Virus record (IMG/VR): IMGVR_UViG_3300043786_001086
DNA: 64,000 bases
Strand: one strand, 5' to 3'
Source: a virus
Lineage: Duplodnaviria; Caudoviricetes
Both the position numbers and the translations under genes were made by a program. A model generated the notes under the pieces. The model saw only the letters and a program-made list of their open reading frames with translations, was not told where the DNA came from and did no database searches. Shown here piece by piece: positions 1 through 9,127 of the stretch. Every line of letters begins with the position of its first letter. Position 1 is the stretch's first letter.

Positions 1-321
1 TCCTATTATATTTGCAACTTTAAGTATTAATGTGATTTCAAAATCTTGAAAGTCTGCTCTTTGAAACCATTCTTGATCTGTGTGTATAGAAAGTTTTACA
101 TCATAATGGTCGTGTATTTTTTTTACTTCTAAAACTTTAAGTTTTGTTGTTCCGTTCTTGAACCCTTTACAAAGTGCAAGTTCAAGATTTCTAAATGCAT
201 GTCTTCTAGAACAACCTTCAACATAATCTTCAACCGCCATATCAACAAGATTTTGAACTGAATCAATTTGTTTTGATTCAAGTAATACTTTTTGTTGATC
301 TTCTGAAATGATGATTTTCAT
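1..321 (-). CDS. Hypothetical protein with MKIIISE leader (runs off window)
   Basis: Manual translation MKIIISEDQQKVLLESKQIDSVQNLVD..., open to position 1; paralogous N-terminus to 1207..1593. Confidence 0.8.
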   Translation of the reverse strand, partial: MKIIISEDQQKVLLESKQIDSVQNLVDMAVEDYVEGCSRRHAFRNLELALCKGFKNGTTKLKVLEVKKIHDHYDVKLSIHTDQEWFQRADFQDFEITLILKVANIIG

Positions 322-336
322 ATTAAATAAATAGTT

Positions 337-738
337 CTAAATGTGAGTTACATAACCATGTCTGTCTGTTATAGAAGCATCCCAAACACCAGTTAAGTTA
401 TATTGTGTATTTTTATTAACCTCTGGAAAAAAGTGACCAAAAACATCACCAATTTTATCATAAATTTCATCACCTAATTCTTGACTATAAAATTCATCCT
501 CTGTTAGGGACAAATTTGTTTTTATGTTAAAAAAATAATAAGGTAGTCCTCCCCAATCTCTATCAATACTTACCTGTAATCCATCAAACCAAGAATAATC
601 TTCCAACTCTCTTTGGACATTTTTAGAAACCACTTTTTTTAATTTTATGGCCCTGTCATATAGTTGTTGAAGATCCATATCCACAATGGAATTTTCTTTG
701 AGAAGACTAACTTGTGATTCTGTAATTATTATTTTCAT
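337..738 (-). CDS. Hypothetical protein with MKIIITE leader
   Basis: 133-aa ORF in tightly packed run. Confidence 0.8.
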   Translation of the reverse strand: MKIIITESQVSLLKENSIVDMDLQQLYDRAIKLKKVVSKNVQRELEDYSWFDGLQVSIDRDWGGLPYYFFNIKTNLSLTEDEFYSQELGDEIYDKIGDVFGHFFPEVNKNTQYNLTGVWDASITDRHGYVTHI

Positions 739-749
739 ATTCTATTTTT

Positions 750-839
750 TTAAATTGTAGACACTAGACAACTAACCATGGAGAAGCTTGATAAAACCTT
801 TCGGTTGTGACTCCCCTTAAGTTGTAGACACTAGACAAC
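750..839 (-). CRISPR. CRISPR-like repeat-spacer-partial repeat inside/at end of CDS
   Basis: GTTGTCTAGTGTCTACAACTTAAGGGGAGTCACAAC (804-839, 36 nt), 31-nt spacer (773-803), second copy matching 22 of first 23 nt (750-772). Confidence 0.55.
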
Positions 840-1207
840 CACTCTTTTGTAAGTTCCTTTATGTCAGGATCGAAAAGACCAGTATCAAATAAAGGTTTCC
901 AAATTTCTTCGTAATTAATGAAAACAGTTCTATTTTTTCTATTGTGAACCATCAAATTATGTTTTGGTTTATATCGAAATAAAGTCCAATCAGGGTCCAT
1001 TTCACTTTGAACAACATCCAAGTCATCAAACAAATGTAAAAAATCCATCGGAGAATTTATGTTTAAAATTTCCATTAAATTATCGAAACCATTAACAAGT
1101 TCAGCAGTATCTTTTACTCCAAAATCTTTAATTTCCTGTTTAAGATTTTGTTTCAACTTTGATTCTAAAAGTAAATTATATTGTGATTCTGATATTATTA
1201 TTTTCAT
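764..1207 (-). CDS. Leader-bearing protein, family A (C-terminal CRISPR-like repeat-spacer unit)
   Basis: Clear paralog of 31216..31662 (LFRY..N.M...RKN..V.I.Y..IW..L...WLS..YNLRGVTT). Confidence 0.85.
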   Translation of the reverse strand: MKIIISESQYNLLLESKLKQNLKQEIKDFGVKDTAELVNGFDNLMEILNINSPMDFLHLFDDLDVVQSEMDPDWTLFRYKPKHNLMVHNRKNRTVFINYEEIWKPLFDTGLFDPDIKELTKEWLSSVYNLRGVTTERFYQASPWLVV

Positions 1208-1593
1208 TACCAGTTTAGGTCTTTGTTTGAGTTTATAGTACCTCGGATGGTTATAATAATATTTCTTGATCCGACAATTTCTCTAACTTCCCATTGGATT
1301 TGATAAATAAAATCTTCAAAAGGTGTATATCCTAATGATGAATAATATATGTCAACTTCAATCAACCAAAAATTAGTTTTTTGACCTCTTGTGGTCGCTG
1401 ATCCTTTTTCAGATGCAACAACTTTAATCTCTTCAACGGTTTCCATTTGATCACAAGCATATTGTTCAACCCAATTTTTTTCACAGTTTTCTCTTAATTC
1501 CTCAAATGCCTGATCAATAAGATTTTGTGCCGACTCAAGTTTTTTTGACTCGGTTAATAACTTTTGTTGTCGTTCTGAAATTATTATTTTCAT
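1207..1593 (-). CDS. Hypothetical protein with MKIIISE leader
   Basis: 128-aa ORF, start/stop overlap with neighbours. Confidence 0.8.
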   Translation of the reverse strand: MKIIISERQQKLLTESKKLESAQNLIDQAFEELRENCEKNWVEQYACDQMETVEEIKVVASEKGSATTRGQKTNFWLIEVDIYYSSLGYTPFEDFIYQIQWEVREIVGSRNIIITIRGTINSNKDLNW

Positions 1594-2150
1594 TCTTCTG
1601 CAATATAAATAACCGGAACTTCTACATCATAACCTGTGGCCGGTAAAATTATTTCGTTCATACAGTCCTGAACAACGTTGTTAACTTCCTCTTGAATTTC
1701 CCAACCAATATCTTCGTCTTCTAAAGCTTCCTGTAAAGTCAGATTTCTACCATCCATCATAATTAGACTAACAGTTCCACCTGGTAGTGTTTGACCATAC
1801 AAAAAGAAATCAAAATCTTGATAATTCATTTGAGTAATAATCCATTCAAAATCATAACCACCTACAATTCTATCACTAAAGTCTTTTGTTGAAAATGTTT
1901 TATTTAATAATTTGTTTATGAATTTTTTAGCGAACTCCTCATCTCCAACTAATATCTGAAATGCTAATTGAGCATGTATTTCATCTGAAGTTTTAATAAT
2001 ACCCCAATATTCAAGTTCGTCTTTATTAAATCTAATTTGATTTCCTTTTTTCAATTCACTTTTCCAATACTTTTTGATAGCATCAATATTTCTATTAACA
2101 TCACTTTCGTTAAGAAAATTAAATTGGTGTTCTGATATTATTATTTTCAT
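1590..2150 (-). CDS. Hypothetical protein with MKIIISE leader
   Basis: 186-aa ORF, 4-nt overlaps. Confidence 0.8.
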   Translation of the reverse strand: MKIIISEHQFNFLNESDVNRNIDAIKKYWKSELKKGNQIRFNKDELEYWGIIKTSDEIHAQLAFQILVGDEEFAKKFINKLLNKTFSTKDFSDRIVGGYDFEWIITQMNYQDFDFFLYGQTLPGGTVSLIMMDGRNLTLQEALEDEDIGWEIQEEVNNVVQDCMNEIILPATGYDVEVPVIYIAEE

Positions 2151-3010
2151 AATTCAACAACTTCCTTTGTTTTATTATCATAAATGGTAAAAGGGTTTGA
2201 AATTATAACCCAATCAACGTAAGGATATTCATCAGACTTATTCCAAGCCTTTTCAGAATTTTTTACTTGGATTGTTTTTGTCCCGTATTCCGGTGATGTC
2301 ATGATTAAATCTGTCCCAAAAGACATATCGATTAGATCGCCATTACCTCCAGCGTAATCGGTTGTAAAACCTTTTGTGATTAACTTATCTTCAACTTGTT
2401 TTTCAGCAATTTCACCTATAGATGTTGATCTTTCTATATTTTTTGTATAGTCAATTAACACATTAGGATCCTCAAAATACTTATCAACTAATTCTATTAT
2501 TTTGGGTTGTATTGATGACAAAGCAGCTTTAGGATCTCTAATAATATTTTGAATTATTGGTCTAGCCCTATCTCCACCTTTATAAATCATATCTGTTAAC
2601 ATTTCTGCCAAATCAGAATAGTTTGTGTTTAACTTATTAATTAATTGCCAATCACCGTTTATGTATACCAATTTAGCTGAATTAACTTTATTATCTATAA
2701 AGTAATCCCTTTGTCTTTCATTTATTTTATTTAGTGAATACAATAAGTTTGCCCCTTGAATAAATTGTTGTTTTAAGTTTTGAGGAATGTCGGTTTTTAA
2801 ATCTTCAATTTTATTATTTATAACATTTTTCATTCCAAATCCATCGTCTTTGTGTAACCAACTTTTAAGTGATGCGATTTTTCTACAAACAAGTAATTTC
2901 TGTGGAGAATCTGAAAATCTTGAGCATTCTTTATATTCCGATTCGTTAAGAATTTTTGTATTCATTAACTCATTTATTCTTAGTATTTCTTCTTTAATTA
3001 ACTTGTTCAT
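2147..3010 (-). CDS. Hypothetical protein, possible C-terminal PD-(D/E)XK nuclease-like domain
   Basis: E...GTDLIM...KTIQVK motif; MNKLIKEEILRINELM leader. Confidence 0.5.
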   Translation of the reverse strand: MNKLIKEEILRINELMNTKILNESEYKECSRFSDSPQKLLVCRKIASLKSWLHKDDGFGMKNVINNKIEDLKTDIPQNLKQQFIQGANLLYSLNKINERQRDYFIDNKVNSAKLVYINGDWQLINKLNTNYSDLAEMLTDMIYKGGDRARPIIQNIIRDPKAALSSIQPKIIELVDKYFEDPNVLIDYTKNIERSTSIGEIAEKQVEDKLITKGFTTDYAGGNGDLIDMSFGTDLIMTSPEYGTKTIQVKNSEKAWNKSDEYPYVDWVIISNPFTIYDNKTKEVVEL

Positions 3011-3748
3011 TTAAGCAAAGGAAAAAGATTTATAGAAGTCTTCAGCTTCATCTTCAATATTTTGATAGTGTTCAACAGTAAAAGTTTGATTTTCAAAATT
3101 AAATGTCATTGTCCCGCTTGATCCTTCATTGATTTCCCATCCCGCATGAAACAATTCTAAAGCCTCATACGCAATATCTTCAAGTTGATTAGTTGAAACT
3201 TTACTTCCTTTATCACTATCTACATTATCATCAATCCACCCACTATCACCACTACCATCATATTTCAATTCAACATAAGAACCGTATTCTTCTTTCATTC
3301 TGTTTAAAAAGTCTTCATTTGTAAGTTTGGTTAATTCTCTTTCACCCCTTCTCCATGGATTAGTCGTTTCAGATAATTCTTTGAATGATCTTTCTATTCT
3401 GCTATCCTCTGTGATCATTGTGTAATAATAATATTTCACAATTAACATTTTCTTTTCGGCGTTTACAAATATCTGAAGACCTCCTGTGTAATTGTCGTAG
3501 TAATCATTATAAAAAAGATCAGTATCAAAATTTTCTTTTATTTCATCAAACAAAGGTCCTATTGATCCTGGTAAAAAATCTAATTCACCTTTTACATTTT
3601 TATTTCTATAATAAGGTCCGTCAGGATAATCACTTTCCCAGTCATCATAATGTCTATATACCCATTCTACACCATCTTCCATGTTCAAGGAATTTAGTAT
3701 CAAAGAAAATCTTCTTAAATCATGTTTTTGTTTGTCTGTTAGTTCCAT
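3011..3748 (-). CDS. DUF6878-like protein
   Basis: YDGSGDSG and GWEINEGSSG motifs; adjacent to DUF6915-like gene. Confidence 0.6.
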   Translation of the reverse strand: MELTDKQKHDLRRFSLILNSLNMEDGVEWVYRHYDDWESDYPDGPYYRNKNVKGELDFLPGSIGPLFDEIKENFDTDLFYNDYYDNYTGGLQIFVNAEKKMLIVKYYYYTMITEDSRIERSFKELSETTNPWRRGERELTKLTNEDFLNRMKEEYGSYVELKYDGSGDSGWIDDNVDSDKGSKVSTNQLEDIAYEALELFHAGWEINEGSSGTMTFNFENQTFTVEHYQNIEDEAEDFYKSFSFA

Positions 3749-3771
3749 CTAAACTTTTATTATAAATACTT

Positions 3772-4125
3772 TTAATCTTCAAACTCTAACTTTTTTGATC
3801 TTGTCGCCCAAGTTGGTCTTTCACCTGATATTAGAATTCTCATCCAATCTGATGCCGATGGTATAATTCCATCACAATCTTCTTTGACATGACTTTCCAA
3901 ACAGTATCTTGTATAAACCACTTTCCCGTCAGAATTTGTAAAATAAACCCCAAATTTTGATTCCGCCTCAAATATACCTTCACTGTGGTGTCTCCACATT
4001 CTATGTAATGAATGTCCATACCACGATTTAGTGGAATCCATCCATTCGTGAAGATGTATATAATCTTCCCATTTTCCTCCGAATTTTTTTTGATTTGATT
4101 TTGCGTGAAGCACCGGGTGAGCCAT
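3772..4125 (-). CDS. DUF6915-like His-rich protein
   Basis: MAHP..HA.S..KKFGG..EDY..LH.WMD...HR..RHH..GIF...HV.ED pattern. Confidence 0.7.
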   Translation of the reverse strand: MAHPVLHAKSNQKKFGGKWEDYIHLHEWMDSTKSWYGHSLHRMWRHHSEGIFEAESKFGVYFTNSDGKVVYTRYCLESHVKEDCDGIIPSASDWMRILISGERPTWATRSKKLEFED

Positions 4126-4129
4126 AATT

Positions 4130-4429
4130 TTATAGTTTTTTAATTTTATTTGATTCTTGTAAAAAATACTTAATTGTTTTATTAGTTTTTGAAATATTTT
4201 CTTTTCCCTCTACTAACTCTGGTTTTTCTTGTTCTATTAGATTATAGATCTTTCTTTTCAAATACTTTTTATTATTCTCAATTTGAAAGAACCTATCCTC
4301 TACTACAACATGGGGTTTATTAGAATTAAATAAAGAATTAGGAGGAAAAAACACTTTATTGTGTCTAACCAAATAGAAAAATAAATCTTTATTAATTGAT
4401 GGATATTCGTTCATAACTAAAAAATACAA
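4130..4429 (-). CDS. Hypothetical protein
   Basis: ORF fills gap; start probably at MNEY. Confidence 0.6.
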   Translation of the reverse strand: MYFLVMNEYPSINKDLFFYLVRHNKVFFPPNSLFNSNKPHVVVEDRFFQIENNKKYLKRKIYNLIEQEKPELVEGKENISKTNKTIKYFLQESNKIKKL

Positions 4430-4451
4430 TATTTATTTATAAAACTAAATA

Positions 4452-5270
4452 ATGTCCTTACAACCTTCAAAATATAAAGTATTCACAAAACAAGTTTATA
4501 ATCATTTAGTTGATGAACATGGTGATAATGATATGAATGTTCAACAAATTATGAGTCATATCAATAGTGATGAACTATTGAAACTTCTTTTGAAGAATGT
4601 TAAAAGAATAGAAAAAGTAGAGATCGCGTTTATGGTTTACTTCTTTTCACGAACTAAAGATATTGAATCTTCTTTTTCTAAAGTTCGTGGTAATCTTATA
4701 AACATCGGAATGTATCATTATAGAGATTTGGGTTATCGTGATATAACTTGTCATGAATGTGATGGATCAGGAACTGAATATTGTAGCACATGTGATGGTA
4801 GTGGTGATGTAGATTGTGATAGATGTTCAGGAAATGGAACTGAAGAATGTAGAAACTGTGATGGATCTGGTGAAGTAGATGGTGAACCATGTTCAGATTG
4901 TCAAGGAAATGGTGAAATTGAATGTTCTTGGTGTGATGGTAAAGGTGAATTTGGCTGTGATAGATGTGATGGTTATGGACAAGTTGATTGTGATTATTGT
5001 GATGGAAATGGTGACTATGAATCAAGTGATGAATACTATACAGAAGATGAAATTGATTTTTTTGGTTTGAACCCTGAACTTAAATCATTACCTGTAGATA
5101 CATTCTTGAACGATGATCAAGTTAATATGATATATCATTCAGAACCAATATTACTTGATATCAGTGAGGTTGACGACAAGATTGAAGTCGACCAACTATG
5201 CCGAAATTATGAAGGTGATTGTGAAGGAGATCCTCTGAATGTAATAAATAATATTTACGAAATAGATTAG
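4452..5270 (+). CDS. Protein with eight DnaJ-type CxxCxGxG zinc-finger repeats
   Basis: CHECDGSG...CDYCDGNG counted 8x; no J domain/HPD motif. Confidence 0.85.
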   Translation: MSLQPSKYKVFTKQVYNHLVDEHGDNDMNVQQIMSHINSDELLKLLLKNVKRIEKVEIAFMVYFFSRTKDIESSFSKVRGNLINIGMYHYRDLGYRDITCHECDGSGTEYCSTCDGSGDVDCDRCSGNGTEECRNCDGSGEVDGEPCSDCQGNGEIECSWCDGKGEFGCDRCDGYGQVDCDYCDGNGDYESSDEYYTEDEIDFFGLNPELKSLPVDTFLNDDQVNMIYHSEPILLDISEVDDKIEVDQLCRNYEGDCEGDPLNVINNIYEID

Positions 5271-5779
5271 TTAAGAAATTTCAACTTATACATTGTTGAA
5301 TAAATCAATTCTTGAACCGTATCAATTTGGTTTTGGATGTAAGAGTCCTCAACCGATTCTCTTTTTTCTTCAATCATATTTAATAAACTTGTAAAATATT
5401 TTAATACTTGGTTTTTGTTTTTGTATGATTGATTCTTATATGATTTGTAATTTGTTAAAAGACCATATTTACCCTGATAAGATTCAATTAGACCATCAGT
5501 TAAAGCATCAATACCTTCGTAATAACCCTGTAATGCTTTATGTTCGGCATATGATTTGGTCCCTAAATGGAAAATATGAATTTGTGTTTGTGAGTGTAAT
5601 AACTGACAAACCATTTCACAGAAATCTTCGTTATGATTTTCTGAATCTTCGTCTGAATCTTCGTCATCTTGATTATCATCAGACTCATTATCATCATTAT
5701 CTTCATCATCTTCTTGTTCCCAAAGATTTCTTTTTTTTAATTCTTCTTTCAATTTTTCGGTTAAATCAAACTTATTCAT
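5267..5779 (-). CDS. Ferritin/Dps-like protein (DUF5856-like) with acidic linker
   Basis: HIFHL.TKSYAEHKAL..YYE..D.LIESYQG motif. Confidence 0.7.
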   Translation of the reverse strand: MNKFDLTEKLKEELKKRNLWEQEDDEDNDDNESDDNQDDEDSDEDSENHNEDFCEMVCQLLHSQTQIHIFHLGTKSYAEHKALQGYYEGIDALTDGLIESYQGKYGLLTNYKSYKNQSYKNKNQVLKYFTSLLNMIEEKRESVEDSYIQNQIDTVQELIYSTMYKLKFLN

Positions 5780-5819
5780 AATATATATTTTATTATAAAT
5801 ATATCAAAATGAGATTAAG

Positions 5820-6512
5820 TTATAAAAACTTAACCTCATTTGTAATTGGATCCCAATCTATATTCCAAGGTAAATGAGAATAAAGATATCGTTCATTCAA
5901 TACTGATGCGTTGAAGTAATGAGTATGTCCATCATAATAATGTCCATAACCACTATGGATGTGTCCACAGATATGAATTTTAGGTTTGATTTGTTTAATT
6001 CGTTCTGTTAGTAGTTCACAACCCAAGTGTTGTCCACGACGACCTTCAACATCATCCAAAAACCCCCAAGCTGGACCGTGAGTGATTAGAATATCAATGT
6101 CTTCAGGTATCATATCCCATTTTGACTTTAATTCCTCACCATTTCGTGGGAGATTAAATGCCCAATTATAAAACACAGGTTGCCAAGGACTACCCCAAAT
6201 TTTAACTTCAGGTTCCCCTCCTTCAATTATTCCCATAAAACTATCTTCCAAATAAGTTATATTATTATAGAAACCAACAATCTCTTTTACTTTATCAACA
6301 TTGTTTTGAAATCCCCAATCATGGTTACCAGCAATAAAAACTTTACTGGTGTAATTATCCAACCCATTGTACCACTTAGCGAACTCACGAATCTCGTGTT
6401 CATAACCCATAGAACTAAGGTCTCCTGCATGAATTAACAAGTCACCACCCGGTAAATCACCGGTAACGTGTTTATGTTTGTTGTGAGTATCTGAAATTAT
6501 TGTAAGTTTCAT
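5820..6512 (-). CDS. Calcineurin-like metallophosphoesterase (MPPED-like)
   Basis: DTH, GD, GNHD, THGP, GHIH motifs. Confidence 0.9.
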   Translation of the reverse strand: MKLTIISDTHNKHKHVTGDLPGGDLLIHAGDLSSMGYEHEIREFAKWYNGLDNYTSKVFIAGNHDWGFQNNVDKVKEIVGFYNNITYLEDSFMGIIEGGEPEVKIWGSPWQPVFYNWAFNLPRNGEELKSKWDMIPEDIDILITHGPAWGFLDDVEGRRGQHLGCELLTERIKQIKPKIHICGHIHSGYGHYYDGHTHYFNASVLNERYLYSHLPWNIDWDPITNEVKFL

Positions 6513-6715
6513 ATATTTTTTTTATTTCTTTTTCTTTCTACTTTATATTTGAACATGTAATCTACAAGCTCATAACATTCCATATTTCGTTTCCACTTGT
6601 TTTTGAAATTTTCAAACAGTTTATCTGTAGTTTTAATGTGTTCACGGTTTTCGCTTGAGTTTAATACTCTAAGCACAAATTCAAAATCTTTGTTTGCATT
6701 CATAGTTTTGTCCAT
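6509..6715 (-). CDS. Hypothetical protein
   Basis: ORF in operon-like run. Confidence 0.65.
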   Translation of the reverse strand: MDKTMNANKDFEFVLRVLNSSENREHIKTTDKLFENFKNKWKRNMECYELVDYMFKYKVERKRNKKNI

Positions 6716-7080
6716 TTATTATTATAATTAAATTTAAAAGTCCCAATATATTTTTTATTCCATTCATTTGGTGATATCAAAGATAAGAATATTTTTTCGT
6801 CTGAGGAATAATAAAGGTGATAAACTTTACCAATTACCGGTTCAAAACTAAAATTTGCTTTGTAAACCAATTCATTCCATCTGTATTCTTCAATTAATTT
6901 TTCATACTCCTCTTTGAGTTCCAAAAATTTATCCTCAAATTGTTGATTGACATTTATAATTCTTGGTTCCTTCCAATGTTCCATATTGGTGACCTTTATT
7001 GCCGGAGCACCAACATTACTACCATATGGTAATAAACCAGGGTTATCAGAAACATTATCAGGTTTTTTATCGCTCATCAA
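6700..7080 (-). CDS. DUF2452-like protein
   Basis: FEPVIGKVYHLY...FLSLISP.EW motif. Confidence 0.65.
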   Translation of the reverse strand: MMSDKKPDNVSDNPGLLPYGSNVGAPAIKVTNMEHWKEPRIINVNQQFEDKFLELKEEYEKLIEEYRWNELVYKANFSFEPVIGKVYHLYYSSDEKIFLSLISPNEWNKKYIGTFKFNYNNKWTKL

Positions 7081-7310
7081 CTTATTATTTTAATTTCACT
7101 CTCAGTTTCTATTACGACTCTTGCCCCACAACTTAATAGTGGTTTTTCATCGCCACTTCCACAATAAACAATCCTACTAGGTCCGAGAATTTCAACCTCA
7201 TTACAATATGTGTTTCTTCTACCTTGTTTGATTGTTATAACAGGTAAATCGGTATTCTTTGTTTTATTAGACCTAATGTGATGTTGATTCACATGTATTT
7301 TGGTTTTCAT
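7077..7310 (-). CDS. Hypothetical protein
   Basis: IHVNQH.IR...LSCGARV.IETE; 4-nt overlap. Confidence 0.75.
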   Translation of the reverse strand: MKTKIHVNQHHIRSNKTKNTDLPVITIKQGRRNTYCNEVEILGPSRIVYCGSGDEKPLLSCGARVVIETESEIKIIS

Positions 7311-7633
7311 CAGTATAGATCTATTTGTTTTTTAATTCTATCAAGAATATCTTCATTTGTAATATTTTCATTAATTAGAATTTGTTCCAATAGGTCTTTG
7401 ATTTCGTTCTTGGACTTTTCTTTCGACCTTTGTCTGTTTACCAACTCAACTTGATATAAATGAAATGCAACCTCATCAACTTTTTTTAATTTGTTGAAAT
7501 ATTTTTCAATTCGTTGGTCTAATCTTCTTTTTCTATCAATATTGGTTATTGTTGATAGAGCTTTGAATAGTTCATCTAACCTACCCTTTAAGTATTGTAT
7601 TTCTCCGTATTTAATGATTTCTTGATCTGTCAT
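7310..7633 (-). CDS. Hypothetical protein
   Basis: ORF downstream of TAnnTTTG at 7641-7648. Confidence 0.75.
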   Translation of the reverse strand: MTDQEIIKYGEIQYLKGRLDELFKALSTITNIDRKRRLDQRIEKYFNKLKKVDEVAFHLYQVELVNRQRSKEKSKNEIKDLLEQILINENITNEDILDRIKKQIDLY

Positions 7634-7674
7634 AATAAAACAAAAATAACAAATTTAAATACAAATGTCAAACA

Positions 7675-7700
7675 AAAAACCCCACCTTACAGGATGGGGG
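7675..7700 (-). terminator. Intrinsic terminator
   Basis: CCCCACC/GGATGGGG hairpin plus U-tract on minus strand. Confidence 0.65.
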
Positions 7701-7729
7701 AGAAATAATATCCAAATTGATACATATTA

Positions 7730-7906
7730 TTATTTCTGGTTGTCTAGCACAAGTGTATCTTGTTTTACACTTTGAGTATCAACATTTTTTGTTGAATCTT
7801 CAGATTTTGCTTCTTGTGTGGTTTCGTTTTCTTTTTTTTCACCACAAGAAACAACACCAAGTGTAGTCCCAAGTAACATCAAACTTACAAAAAATACATT
7901 TTTCAT
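7730..7906 (-). CDS. Small lipoprotein (58 aa, absent from ORF track)
   Basis: MKNVFFVSLMLLGTTLGVVS-C-GEKKENE...: signal peptide plus lipobox. Confidence 0.75.
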   Translation of the reverse strand: MKNVFFVSLMLLGTTLGVVSCGEKKENETTQEAKSEDSTKNVDTQSVKQDTLVLDNQK

Positions 7907-7981
7907 GTTTCGACTTTTATTAAGGGTTTATTTGTTAATAAATTTTAACAAAAATAAATATCATAGTCAATAGGTAAAAAC

Positions 7982-8010
7982 AAAAAACCCCACCTGTTGA
8001 GATGGGGTTT
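7982..8010 (-). terminator. Intrinsic terminator after endolysin
   Basis: ACCCCAC/GATGGGGT hairpin with A/T tracts. Confidence 0.7.
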
Positions 8011-8029
8011 AAATAATATTTTTAATACA

Positions 8030-8914
8030 TTACAAAGATAATAACATATCAATAAGTTCTTGTTGGGGGAACATGTCGAACTTATCTTTTCTGGTGTTTG
8101 TGTGAGTCCACATTCCTTTTACTCTACCATAATATGCGTCAGAATTAAATTCAAAACCTAAAGCTCCTTTATTTTTGATTTCTTCAATTAAACCTTTTCG
8201 AATGTCGATGCTGTCTCTATTTGCAATATGTAAAATTAAAGATCTCAATGTCTCAATTTGTTTGTCTGAATATCTATGCCAGAACTTATACCCTCTAAAT
8301 GATTGTTTAAGTTCCACAATTTGTTTTGGGTCAGCTTTTTGTCCTGTATAAGTTAAACCATTTTTAATTTGACCAAAATTACATACCTCAATTCCAACTG
8401 AGTGTGAGTGCATGTGTTGTGATCCATTATCTCCTAAGTGCCAACCATAACAACCTTCAGGAAATGCCTGAACGATTGTCCCATCATAAGTTTCATTTCC
8501 GTTAAAAACAGATTGTCCTCCTAAAACAAACTCAGTTCCAATTCGTCCTCTTGTATCGTTATTCCACATTGTAATAACTTGGTATGGGTTGTTTCCACCT
8601 GCGGTGTGATGTAAAAACAAATATTCTTTTTTTGTTGGTCCTATCAGGTATTCGTCTTTATCTAAAAATTTTTGATCTATAATCAGTTTTTCTGTTGATA
8701 ATGTCGTTTCTTGAAGGTCGGTGGTAATACCAAATCCCATGGCATTCCATGTTTTTTCACCAACAACACCATCGGCGGTTAGTTTATTTTCTTTTTGGAA
8801 TTTTTTAACCGACTCTTCGGTTTTTGGTCCAAAATCACCATCAACCTTAATTTTTAAATATTTTTGTAAATCTTCAACTTCTTTACCTTTAGATCCTAAT
8901 TTTAGAACTTTCAT
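8030..8914 (-). CDS. Endolysin: peptidoglycan-binding domain plus N-acetylmuramoyl-L-alanine amidase (Amidase_2)
   Basis: DGDFGPKTEESVKKFQ...DGVVG.KTW; LHHTAG, SVGIE, WTH..RKDK.D. Confidence 0.9.
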   Translation of the reverse strand: MKVLKLGSKGKEVEDLQKYLKIKVDGDFGPKTEESVKKFQKENKLTADGVVGEKTWNAMGFGITTDLQETTLSTEKLIIDQKFLDKDEYLIGPTKKEYLFLHHTAGGNNPYQVITMWNNDTRGRIGTEFVLGGQSVFNGNETYDGTIVQAFPEGCYGWHLGDNGSQHMHSHSVGIEVCNFGQIKNGLTYTGQKADPKQIVELKQSFRGYKFWHRYSDKQIETLRSLILHIANRDSIDIRKGLIEEIKNKGALGFEFNSDAYYGRVKGMWTHTNTRKDKFDMFPQQELIDMLLSL

Positions 8915-8946
8915 ATCTATTGTTTTAATAATAAATATTGATTGTT

Positions 8947-9126
8947 TTATTTTTTGCCCACCTCATCAAGATTTATATTATATAAATCAAAGTTTAAATT
9001 GTCTTTCCAATTACCAAGATTTAAAGTTGTAAAAACTTGTTTTTCATTGTTATAAAGTTTCACCATCAAATAACCTAACTCAGAAATAAAAATTTCTTTG
9101 ATTGTATATTTTTTTAAATTTTTCAT
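8947..9126 (-). CDS. Hypothetical protein (59 aa, absent from ORF track)
   Basis: Manual translation MKNLKKYTIKEIFISELGYL...; fills gap exactly. Confidence 0.65.
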   Translation of the reverse strand: MKNLKKYTIKEIFISELGYLMVKLYNNEKQVFTTLNLGNWKDNLNFDLYNINLDEVGKK

Positions 9127-9127
9127 T

